A stretch of DNA of 64,000 nt from an uncultured Bacteroidales bacterium (lineage in GTDB: Bacteria > Bacteroidota > Bacteroidia > Bacteroidales > CAIWKO01): contig CAZVKJ010000013.1 in assembly GCA_964626855.1 (NCBI GenBank), forward strand, positions 5,482 through 69,481, given 5' to 3'. The notes under the pieces are model-generated. The model was not told the origin of the DNA, searched no databases, and saw only the letters and a program-made list of their open reading frames with translations. The stretch's first letter is position 1; each line of letters begins with the position of its first letter. Positions 1 to 9,638 of this stretch are shown in pieces. A program made the translations under genes and the position numbers.

Positions 1-1
1 T

Positions 2-3000
2 GCAATAAGGCTTGGGTATCAGAACTCACCCGTAATCAGCGGAAATACTATTTCAACCTCCTCTGCAGGCACCTACTATGGGATATACGCTTATTACTGT
101 GATAATGCACTGAGAATTTTAAAAAATACTATTAACATTACAAATGGCGGATATGGCATTTATGTTTATTATTGTGACGGAGCTTCCGGTAACGAAGGGT
201 GGACTGCAAATAACTTTGTCAGTATTGGAGGGCTTTCCTCAACCTATGGTATATACGATAGTTACAGTTCATTCCAGAATTTCTATTATAACAGTGTAAA
301 TATTTATGCTGATAACACTACGGCAAGGGCAATGTATACAGTTGGAAGTACGACATATCCGAATCACAACTTCCTCAATAACATATTTGCTTATACCGGC
401 GCCAATACCAGTGGTATGGCATTTTATGTCAGCACACCAGCAAACATAATCGTTTGTGATTATAATGATCTTTATTCAACCGGAACCAATCTCGGATACT
501 GGACTTCTAATCAGGCAACCCTTGCAGCATGGCAGACTGCCTCAACAAAAGATACCAACTCTGTATCCGTAGATCCTAATTTTATTAGTCAGGCCGACCT
601 TCATACCTTTTATGCCGGATTAAATGGGCATGGCACTCCAATTACAGGTATCACGGATGATATAGACGGAGAAACGAGAAACCCGGCCACGCCGGATATC
701 GGTGCCGATGAGTTTACTCCGCTGGCCGATGATCTTGGATTATTATCCATAGTAGAGCCAGATCCTATTTCATGCGGGCTGGGAATTTCTGAAAATATTA
801 CGGTAAAACTAAAGAACTTTGGTGGAACACCAATTACTACAGCTGATGTTCATTACACCCTTGACAACGGAACGCCCGTTCATGAAATTTTTAATGGCAA
901 CATAGCACCCAATGCAACATACGATTATACTTTTACACAAACAGCGAATTTATCGGTAATTGGCAATCACACATTCAATTTTTATGTTACATTACCCGGT
1001 GACCTGAATCACTTAAATGATTCTATTCTGAATTATACAGCTTCAAACGGATGGGATTTTATTGCATCACCTTATACAATGGGGTTTGAACCTGGTGAAG
1101 AAATCAGTAACTGGTCAGTGATTAATACCGACGGCAGTTCGTACAAATGGGAACTTCCTTACTCAAGTACCACGTATTCGCATACAGGATCTTATTCTGC
1201 CCGATTTTACAATAATACTACCAATACGGGTGAAGACTGGCTGTTTTCAAGATGTTTCTATCTGGAAGCCGGCAAAACATACTCTGTAAGCTTTTGGTAC
1301 CGTTCATACAGCACATCATACCCGCAAACCATAAACCTGAAATACGGTCAAACGGCCTCCATTGCCGGAATGACTACAACGCTTACAACACTCACCGCAT
1401 TTACAAACGCCACGCATCAGCAATCTGTTTCTCAGTTTATGGTTCCTGTCAGCGGAATTTATTATTTCGGTTGGCAAGGAATTGCCGGCCTTACCAATTA
1501 TGCCTATATTGATGATATCAATATTTCAATGATCCCGGAACAGGAAGCTGCTATTGTCTCTCTGGACACACCCGTTTCGGGTTGCGGACTTTCTGATGCC
1601 GAACCCGTTACCATTAAAATTGTAAATACCGGTGCAGATACAATTGCCGGCAATCTGACCGCCTATTATAAATTCATTGGAAGCATACCGGTCTCACAGG
1701 TAATCACTAATACTATTTTACCCGGAGATACGCTGAATTTTACTTTTACTCAGGCTGCTGATTTATCTGTAACTACTGTGGACTCGACATTTAATATCAC
1801 TTCGTGGATCAGCCTGATCCACGATCCATTTCAGGGCAATGACACATTGAATCAGCAGATTATTTCTCTTCATGTTCCTGCTGTGCCTGTTACTATTGAT
1901 GATACAATACTCTTTGGGCACACGGCCCAGCTCCAGGCACTTTCTCCTGATAATGTTTTTTGGTATATCAATGATACAACTTCTGCATATTTCAATCAGG
2001 GCAATTCTTTCACAACGCCACCGCTTTTTGATACAACCACCTATTATGTTGCTGCTGTAGGCGGATCCCTGGCCCAATATGTAGGCCCTTATGATTACTC
2101 TATCGGAACTTCAAGCAGTTATGCCAATACGACATATTATTTGTATTTTGATGTTTTGGCCCCAAATGGCATTAATATTCAAAGTATTGATATTTTCCCA
2201 TCAACAGCGCCGGGTGCAGCGTACTCCATTCAGCTTTTAAACAATAGCGGTGTTGTTTTGCAAACATATAACGGAATCACAACTGTGGCTTCGGGACAGC
2301 GGGAAACAGCTCCGGTAAATTTTACGGTTCCTTATGGTAATGATTTTCGCGTGAAGTTTGGAGTAAGTTCAGGGTTTTACAGAAATACCACAGGTGCCGC
2401 TTTTCCATATGTAATACCTAATGTAATTTCAATAGATGGCAACAGCTACACAGGATACCCACAATACTATTATTTCTTTTATAACTGGAAAATCGGCGGC
2501 GGCGGATGTGCAAGTTCACGGGTACCGGTTACTGCAAATGTAGTATTGCCGAACAATGAAATCTATGTAAAACAGATAAAAACCCCGGTGGATGGTTGCT
2601 CCTTTGGAACTGAGGTTGTCGGCGCCACATTTATTAATAATGGTACTGCTGCAATAAACACTCCGTTTACTGCCGGGTATTATATTTCCGGAAACCCTGT
2701 TCCTGTTACCGAAACTGTGAACATTACTATTTTGCCCGGAGATTCAATTCTTTATATTTTTACAACTCCTGCTTATATGCCTGTACTTAGCGGCGATTCC
2801 GTTTATACGCTCAAAGTATTTGCTTCCGTTGCCGGAGATCCATACCAGGTTAATGATACCGTATTAAAAAGTGTAACCCTTAATTATTCACCCAATGATC
2901 CTGTGGTTACCGGAGATACCGTTGCTTATGGAACTTCTGCTACATTAACGGCACTTTCTCCTGACCTAATAAATTGGTATGACACTCCTACCGGAGGATC

Positions 3001-6000
3001 AGTGCTTGATACCGGCTCAACCTTTACAACTCCTGTGCTTTACGGTAATACCATATATTATGCTGAAGCCCAGTCCGGAGGTCCTGTACAATTTGTCGGG
3101 CCTGTTGACAATGCTTTTGGAGCAGGTGTTTATGCGGCATATGATTATTATATGATCTTTGATGTTTTAGCCTCTTCCATGACATTGCAAGGTGTGTATG
3201 TATATCCGGAAACCGCTGGTAATGTCATATTATACGTTGCTGACAATGCCGGTACGATATTAAAAACCATTACTTATCCGGTAACAACAGGCGGAGTAAA
3301 AACTTATATCCCTATAGATTATAATTTTCACGCAGGAACAAATTACAGAATAGGATATAATAGTACAAGCGGCGGAGTTGCTATGTATAGAAATTCAGCA
3401 GGAGCATCATATCCATACACATTGGCAAACATTGTTTCTATTACCGGAAACAGCTTCAACAATGCTGCGTACTATTATTATTTCTATGACTGGAAGGTGG
3501 GCTCCGGATCATGCCCGAGCCACAGAGTTCCTGTTACGGCAATGATAACAGGACAGCCCAATGTGGATGCCGGATTGATTAATTTCACAGCACCAGATTC
3601 AGTTGTCTCATTAGGATATCATGAGGTAAAAGTAATTTTGAAGAATTATGGCCTTGACACTTTACATTCTGTGCAGATTGGTTATTCTGTGAATGGAACC
3701 ATCCAGGCACCGTTTAGCTGGACAGGATCACTGCCCACCAATGCCATCGATACTGTTACTATTGCCAATTACAATTTCACATTCATGCCCTTTCCCGGCC
3801 TTAACGACCTGATGGCATGGACAGAAAATCCAAATTCTGTTGCTGATCCGACAACAAATAATGATACAATCAGTACAGTTATTGATGCACACGATCCATT
3901 AAACGGAGTTTATTACATACTAACCAACACTCCCGATTTTAATAGTTTTACTGAAGCCATAACCGTTCTGGGTGCATGGGGCGTAGACGGGCCGGTAACA
4001 ATAATAGCTGATGCCGGAACCTATAACGAGCAAATCGCTATCGGAGAAATACCGGGAGCTTCAGCAACAAATACCGTAACCTTCCGATCTTTAAATAATA
4101 TCAATACGGAGGTATCATTGGAATATGCCGCAACAGGAAGCGCTGATAACTATATCGTACAATTGAATGGAGCTGATTATATCCGTTTTAAAAATATGAC
4201 ACTCCGATCAACTTCAGCATCCACTTATGGAAAAGTTGTCGAGTTAAACAATGCAGCCACCAATAATATTTTCGAGGGAAATATTTTGGAAAGCCTTAAT
4301 ACCACTTCAAGTAATTCTGCCCCGATTTACTGCAACAATGGTGATTGTGATTTTAATACATTTATAGGAAACGAATTGCTGTATGGTTACTACGGGGCCT
4401 ATTTTAATGGTTCATCATCCAACAGGTTCCAGGGCCTTCAATTCATCAATAATATCTTCACCGATTACTACTATTATGGTTTGTATACCAATTATACCGA
4501 CTCCCTTAAGGTGATAGGAAATAATCTTTCAACTAATACTACTTCGGGCACCAATTACTCCGTTTATTCATACTATCCTAACAATAATGCCCGGTTTGAA
4601 AGAAATAAGATTGAATACGGTGGAACTGCGACTTTCTATGGATTGTATTTATATACTGCCAATTCCGGCGCTTCAATCCCGAATTGGGTGGTCAATAATT
4701 TCATCAGTAATACGGGAAGTTCCGGCACAGCCTATGGCATCTATTTATCTGCATGCAATTATGTAAATATTTATTACAATTCCGTGAATATAACCGCAGG
4801 TAGTCTAACAGCTTCACGTTGCCTTTACCAGACGGGCGGGACAAATAATGTGAACATTATGAACAATAATCTGGCTAATGTTGCCGGAGGTTATTCTTTC
4901 TATATTGGAACGACTGCTGCTGTTAATGTATGTGATTATAATAATCTTTATTCTACCGGCACGGCATTGGCTTACTGGGGTGCCGACAGAAGTACTCTTG
5001 CACTGCTACAGGCTGCAAGCGGAAAAGATGTACATTCAAAATCATTACAACCCTTATTTTTATCTGTCACAGATTTACACACCTATCAGTTTGGGCTTTA
5101 TGCAAGTGCAAATCCTGTCACAGAAATTACTACAGACATTGACGGCGATACAAGAAACGTCCTTACACCATGTATTGGTGCTGATGAATTTGATCTTCCT
5201 AAATTGGATGCGGGAGTTAGTATAATCAATGCTCCTGTAAATCCTGCTGTCGGCGGCACACAACCAGTTAAAGTTACAATCAGTAATTATGGTATGGATA
5301 CCATCCACAATGTAACAATCACCTACGAATTAGATGGTGTAGTTGCCGGCACTTATAACTGGACAGGGACTTTATTGTCAAATGATACCATTATGAATGT
5401 GTATGTTGGTGATATTACTCTTGCTGCCGGCAATTCGGTAATACGCGCGTGGACATCAATGCCAAACTTTGTTATGGATACCATTAATTTTAATGACACG
5501 GCCTCAATAAGCGTTATTGTCTGTGCCGGACCATTGGCTGGCAATTATACAATCGGCGGAATGTCACCTGATTATTACACATTCAATGATGCGGTAACTG
5601 CACTGAATTATTGTGGTATCGGCGGACCTGTAGTTTTCAATATTGCCAACGGAACATATACCGAACGCTTCAATATTGATTTTATAACAGGGATGTCTGC
5701 CATAAATACAGTAACATTCCAATCTGCCAGCGGCATAAACACCGACGTAGTGTTGCAGGCCGCAGGTACGGGCAGTGCAAATAACTATGTTGTTCAGTTG
5801 AATGGAGCAAAATACACCATTTTCAAAAATATGACCATAAAATCGATAACCCCATCAACATACGGAAGGGTCATAACGGTATTAAACAATTCGGACAATA
5901 ATGTGTTTGAAGGCAATATAATTGAAAGTATTGTGACTACCAGCTCCAATGCGTCTGCTATATACTCTACCGGTGGAAACATGGATTACAATAAGTTTAT

Positions 6001-8638
6001 TAACAACGAGATCAAAGGAGGATATTATGGTGTTTACTGGTATTCTGTTTCTTCAGCGCTTAATAAATCCAGTGAGTTCAGGAACAACAGCATCACCGAC
6101 TGGTATTATTATGGTATGTACCTGTATTATAATGATTCCATAATTGTTGAAGAAAATACGATCCGTAACGGATCAAACAGCAGTACCGGATATGCCGTTT
6201 ATTCCTATTATGGAGATAATGGTTGCCGTTATGAAAAAAATAATATTTACTGCACCAACACAGGCACTTTCTATGGACTGGGAATTTTATCCAGCGATGG
6301 AACTGCGGCTGAGCCGACCATTATCGCCAACAATATGATCAGCAAAATTTATGGTACAGGAACAGCTTATGGGATATATATTTCTTCGAGTTATTATGCA
6401 GACCTATACTACAATTCGGTTAATATAAAAGGTGGTTCATCTTCGGCGGGCAGATCGCTATACGTAACAGGCGGAGGAAACATCAGTTTGCTGAACAATA
6501 ACCTGGTAAATTCAGGGAGCGGTTACGCCATTTATGTTTCTACAGCAGCAGCTATTGTACAATCAGATCATAATAACTATTTCAGTGTTTCACCAAGCGT
6601 ATTTGGTTATTGGGGTTCAGCTGCCGTAGCCAACCTTGCCGCTTTACAACTGGCTAACAGCATGGATTCAAACTCCATCTCCACCGATCCGATCTTTGTA
6701 TCCGTTTCGGATTTGCATGTGCATGCCGCTAGTATGGATGGCAAAGCAATACCTATTGCCGGGTTTAACGATGATATTGACGGTGACATCAGGGATGCTT
6801 CGACTCCTGACATTGGGGCGGATGAATATGATGCATTACCACTTGATCTTGCACTCATTGGTTTTGTTCAACCCACTAATGTTTATGGTTCGGCTGGAAG
6901 CAATGTAATTGTTGGTGTTAAGATACGTAATTTTGGATCCGATACTGTAAATACCTTTGCTATTTCCTACAAATATGCCAATGAGGCACCGGTCACACAA
7001 ACATGGACAGGTGTTTTACTTCCAAATGAAATAATAACACATACATTTGCTATTCCGTTTAATACCATTGCCGGCCTCAATAGCCTTTGCGCTTATACAG
7101 GGCTTGCCGGTGACGGCGACCTTACCAATGACACCTTGTGTATGAGTTTCACCGGCGTACCCTTATATTATGTACCACACAGTGATAATTTTGAAGGCCT
7201 TATCACATGGTTTGCCACCGGCACAGGTAATATCTGGGAATGGGGTGTACCCTCAGCAACGCTTATCAATACAGCTCACAGTCCTTCTAATGCCTGGGTC
7301 ACCAATCTTGACGGCGCATATACAAACAGCTCAACAGAGTATCTGTATTCACCATACTTTAAATTTACCGGCGTTGACAGCGCATATCTCGAATTCTGGC
7401 ACTGGTATAACACAGAAAGCGGATACGACGGCTGCCGTATTGAATACTCAATAAATGGCGGAACGTGGACAATATTAGGGACTCAGGCTGACCCCAATGC
7501 TGTTAACTGGTATAATTCAACAATATCCAGCTATCCATGCTGGTCGGGAAATTCCAACGGGTATGTATATTCTAAATTCAGGTTGACTTCAATACCTGCT
7601 ATTGTAAATTCTTATTATCCTGTACAGTTCCGGTTCAAGTTTTTCTCAGATGTATCTAATGTTTACGAGGGATGGGCTGTTGATGATTTTGCAATTACTG
7701 TTCCTCCTATACCTAACGATGCGGGTGTCAGCGCCATTCTCCTGCCTAATATCGCAACAGAAACGGGCAGTTCAGTGACAGTGCAGGTAACCATCAAGAA
7801 TTATGGAACAAATAATTTGACTTCTGTGCCTGTAAGATTTGTCATTAATGGTGGAGCAGTTACCGCCGAAACATGGACAGGTCTCATGGCCCCGGGTGCA
7901 ACAGCTAATTATACATTTACCTCGCCCTTTACTTCTCCCGGCACTACTTATGATCTTTGTGCTTTCACCAAACTGGCCGGTGATATTTATACCTTCAACG
8001 ACACTACATGCGCCTCATTTAACACCACACCGGCACCACATGATGTTGGCATATCCGCTATTCTTTCACCGGGCCTGACGACGATATATGGTGAGGCCGA
8101 CACGGTAAAGGTCCGGATAAAAAACTATGGCTACAGCCCTGAGACATCAATACCCCTGGTGTTTTTAAGAAACTCCGTTCAGATAGGTGCCGGGGTATGG
8201 ACAGGTGTGCTGAATGGAAACGATTCTATTGATTATATTTTCACTACATTGAATGTTTCTCCGGTAGGTAATTACAGCCTTTGTGCCAAGACAACTTTTG
8301 TAGGTGATGCTAACCCGTTAAATGATCAGGTCTGCATTTACCCATACGGACAGGTAGGTATTGAAGATTATGATTATACGGCTTTTGCACTGTATCAGAA
8401 TACTCCCAATCCGACAAACGACAAGACCGTTATTGAATTTTATCTCCCTGAGAGTGCGCGGGTGCATTTCGAAATGAATAACATTCTTGGAATGGCAATA
8501 CGGACAGAAGATATTGATGCTGTGAACGGCAAAAACCATATAGCACTTGATGTTAAATCCATGCCTGAAGGAATATATTTATACTCCATTGAATATAAAG
8601 GACAAAAACTGACAAAGCGTTTGGTGGTAAGCAAATAG
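2..8638 (+). CDS. Very large T9SS-secreted surface protein/adhesin (5'-partial, >=2,878 aa) with right-handed parallel beta-helix repeats, CARDB-like Ig repeats, choice-of-anchor J-like and other jelly-roll domains, and a C-terminal T9SS sorting domain
   Basis: The frame is open from nt 2, upstream of the ORF-track Met at 332, so the start lies before the window. Three beta-helix blocks end in DLH...DIDG..R....DIGADE(F/Y). Repeated D.G...I..P...V.V.IKN.G...ND(T/S) units. Ends LYQNTPNP...PEGIYLYSI...TKRLVVSK. Confidence 0.85.
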   Translation, partial: AIRLGYQNSPVISGNTISTSSAGTYYGIYAYYCDNALRILKNTINITNGGYGIYVYYCDGASGNEGWTANNFVSIGGLSSTYGIYDSYSSFQNFYYNSVNIYADNTTARAMYTVGSTTYPNHNFLNNIFAYTGANTSGMAFYVSTPANIIVCDYNDLYSTGTNLGYWTSNQATLAAWQTASTKDTNSVSVDPNFISQADLHTFYAGLNGHGTPITGITDDIDGETRNPATPDIGADEFTPLADDLGLLSIVEPDPISCGLGISENITVKLKNFGGTPITTADVHYTLDNGTPVHEIFNGNIAPNATYDYTFTQTANLSVIGNHTFNFYVTLPGDLNHLNDSILNYTASNGWDFIASPYTMGFEPGEEISNWSVINTDGSSYKWELPYSSTTYSHTGSYSARFYNNTTNTGEDWLFSRCFYLEAGKTYSVSFWYRSYSTSYPQTINLKYGQTASIAGMTTTLTTLTAFTNATHQQSVSQFMVPVSGIYYFGWQGIAGLTNYAYIDDINISMIPEQEAAIVSLDTPVSGCGLSDAEPVTIKIVNTGADTIAGNLTAYYKFIGSIPVSQVITNTILPGDTLNFTFTQAADLSVTTVDSTFNITSWISLIHDPFQGNDTLNQQIISLHVPAVPVTIDDTILFGHTAQLQALSPDNVFWYINDTTSAYFNQGNSFTTPPLFDTTTYYVAAVGGSLAQYVGPYDYSIGTSSSYANTTYYLYFDVLAPNGINIQSIDIFPSTAPGAAYSIQLLNNSGVVLQTYNGITTVASGQRETAPVNFTVPYGNDFRVKFGVSSGFYRNTTGAAFPYVIPNVISIDGNSYTGYPQYYYFFYNWKIGGGGCASSRVPVTANVVLPNNEIYVKQIKTPVDGCSFGTEVVGATFINNGTAAINTPFTAGYYISGNPVPVTETVNITILPGDSILYIFTTPAYMPVLSGDSVYTLKVFASVAGDPYQVNDTVLKSVTLNYSPNDPVVTGDTVAYGTSATLTALSPDLINWYDTPTGGSVLDTGSTFTTPVLYGNTIYYAEAQSGGPVQFVGPVDNAFGAGVYAAYDYYMIFDVLASSMTLQGVYVYPETAGNVILYVADNAGTILKTITYPVTTGGVKTYIPIDYNFHAGTNYRIGYNSTSGGVAMYRNSAGASYPYTLANIVSITGNSFNNAAYYYYFYDWKVGSGSCPSHRVPVTAMITGQPNVDAGLINFTAPDSVVSLGYHEVKVILKNYGLDTLHSVQIGYSVNGTIQAPFSWTGSLPTNAIDTVTIANYNFTFMPFPGLNDLMAWTENPNSVADPTTNNDTISTVIDAHDPLNGVYYILTNTPDFNSFTEAITVLGAWGVDGPVTIIADAGTYNEQIAIGEIPGASATNTVTFRSLNNINTEVSLEYAATGSADNYIVQLNGADYIRFKNMTLRSTSASTYGKVVELNNAATNNIFEGNILESLNTTSSNSAPIYCNNGDCDFNTFIGNELLYGYYGAYFNGSSSNRFQGLQFINNIFTDYYYYGLYTNYTDSLKVIGNNLSTNTTSGTNYSVYSYYPNNNARFERNKIEYGGTATFYGLYLYTANSGASIPNWVVNNFISNTGSSGTAYGIYLSACNYVNIYYNSVNITAGSLTASRCLYQTGGTNNVNIMNNNLANVAGGYSFYIGTTAAVNVCDYNNLYSTGTALAYWGADRSTLALLQAASGKDVHSKSLQPLFLSVTDLHTYQFGLYASANPVTEITTDIDGDTRNVLTPCIGADEFDLPKLDAGVSIINAPVNPAVGGTQPVKVTISNYGMDTIHNVTITYELDGVVAGTYNWTGTLLSNDTIMNVYVGDITLAAGNSVIRAWTSMPNFVMDTINFNDTASISVIVCAGPLAGNYTIGGMSPDYYTFNDAVTALNYCGIGGPVVFNIANGTYTERFNIDFITGMSAINTVTFQSASGINTDVVLQAAGTGSANNYVVQLNGAKYTIFKNMTIKSITPSTYGRVITVLNNSDNNVFEGNIIESIVTTSSNASAIYSTGGNMDYNKFINNEIKGGYYGVYWYSVSSALNKSSEFRNNSITDWYYYGMYLYYNDSIIVEENTIRNGSNSSTGYAVYSYYGDNGCRYEKNNIYCTNTGTFYGLGILSSDGTAAEPTIIANNMISKIYGTGTAYGIYISSSYYADLYYNSVNIKGGSSSAGRSLYVTGGGNISLLNNNLVNSGSGYAIYVSTAAAIVQSDHNNYFSVSPSVFGYWGSAAVANLAALQLANSMDSNSISTDPIFVSVSDLHVHAASMDGKAIPIAGFNDDIDGDIRDASTPDIGADEYDALPLDLALIGFVQPTNVYGSAGSNVIVGVKIRNFGSDTVNTFAISYKYANEAPVTQTWTGVLLPNEIITHTFAIPFNTIAGLNSLCAYTGLAGDGDLTNDTLCMSFTGVPLYYVPHSDNFEGLITWFATGTGNIWEWGVPSATLINTAHSPSNAWVTNLDGAYTNSSTEYLYSPYFKFTGVDSAYLEFWHWYNTESGYDGCRIEYSINGGTWTILGTQADPNAVNWYNSTISSYPCWSGNSNGYVYSKFRLTSIPAIVNSYYPVQFRFKFFSDVSNVYEGWAVDDFAITVPPIPNDAGVSAILLPNIATETGSSVTVQVTIKNYGTNNLTSVPVRFVINGGAVTAETWTGLMAPGATANYTFTSPFTSPGTTYDLCAFTKLAGDIYTFNDTTCASFNTTPAPHDVGISAILSPGLTTIYGEADTVKVRIKNYGYSPETSIPLVFLRNSVQIGAGVWTGVLNGNDSIDYIFTTLNVSPVGNYSLCAKTTFVGDANPLNDQVCIYPYGQVGIEDYDYTAFALYQNTPNPTNDKTVIEFYLPESARVHFEMNNILGMAIRTEDIDAVNGKNHIALDVKSMPEGIYLYSIEYKGQKLTKRLVVSK

Positions 8639-8699
8639 ACACTATGAGTTCTTTATAAAAAATGCAGGGTCAACATGATTACGGATGTTGATAAAAGTA

Positions 8700-8736
8700 A
8701 AAAAAGAGGCAGTTTCAAAATGACTGCCTCTTTTTT
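8700..8736. terminator. Bidirectional intrinsic terminator
   Basis: AAAAAAGAGGCAGT-loop-ACTGCCTCTTTTTT perfect stem between convergent genes. Confidence 0.85.
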
Positions 8737-8788
8737 GTTTTCAATATCTATATCTATAAAATTCTATTGTTACACAAAAATAAAAACA

Positions 8789-9562
8789 TTATTCTGCCGA
8801 TAATATCCCGTACTTATTGGCAATGAAGATTGCTTCCAATGAATTCTCCGCTTGTAATTTTTCAAGTATACGCTGGCGGTGCGTATTCACCGTGTGCACG
8901 CTGATGTATAGCTCATCGGCAATTTGTTTACTCACCAGCCCTTTCGATATCAACTTTAATATTTCAATCTCCCTGTTTGACAGCTTTTCATATTCACCAA
9001 CTTTGGGAAATCTGAATATTTCCCCAGTATCAGACCTTATCAGACGGCTTTCAACAGGCAAATCATGATCCTGTTTGGGTGAGATATCCATGATACCCAT
9101 GGCCAGCCAGGCATTTCCATGTATATCAACTTCAATACATATTTGCTGCTCGATAATACGAATGTATTCATTTTTCTCAGTAAGTATTCTGTACTCACTT
9201 ACCAGTTTGCCGTTTTTCTTCTCGTCACCCGGCAGCGACAATCCATACTTCAAAAAATAAATGCCGGCTTCGGTCAATCCCAGAACATCATCGGGATGTA
9301 TTCTTTTTTCAAAATAGCTATCATCTTTTGAAGCATTCTCAAGACTCAGATTAAAAATCCTTTCAATATTTCCGGAAATATATATATGCTTCTTTTTATA
9401 AAGGTCAAAAATAGTGATTCCGCTATTGCTGTATTCTTCTATCTTTTCAAGGTAAGGAATGATTTTCTGCAAAATGCCGTAATCCAGATCTTCTTCGATG
9501 AACCTCTGGGAGTTCAGAACTTTTAACTGCTCGCTGAAAAGTATTTCAAAACTGCTTTGCAT
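8789..9562 (-). CDS. PAS-domain / LuxR-family HTH transcriptional regulator
   Basis: RIHPDD PAS motif and C-terminal LSNREIEILKLISKGLVSKQIADELYISVHTVNTHRQRI HTH. Start moved to ATG 9562 because the ORF-track start overlaps a TACCTTTG -7 motif at 9614-9621. Confidence 0.9.
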   Translation of the reverse strand: MQSSFEILFSEQLKVLNSQRFIEEDLDYGILQKIIPYLEKIEEYSNSGITIFDLYKKKHIYISGNIERIFNLSLENASKDDSYFEKRIHPDDVLGLTEAGIYFLKYGLSLPGDEKKNGKLVSEYRILTEKNEYIRIIEQQICIEVDIHGNAWLAMGIMDISPKQDHDLPVESRLIRSDTGEIFRFPKVGEYEKLSNREIEILKLISKGLVSKQIADELYISVHTVNTHRQRILEKLQAENSLEAIFIANKYGILSAE

Positions 9563-9638
9563 AAAATACTGATTTTTCAGTATTGTGAACCCTTTTGGAT
9601 TCGTCGATTTTTGCAAAGGTAATTAATTATAAAAAAAT

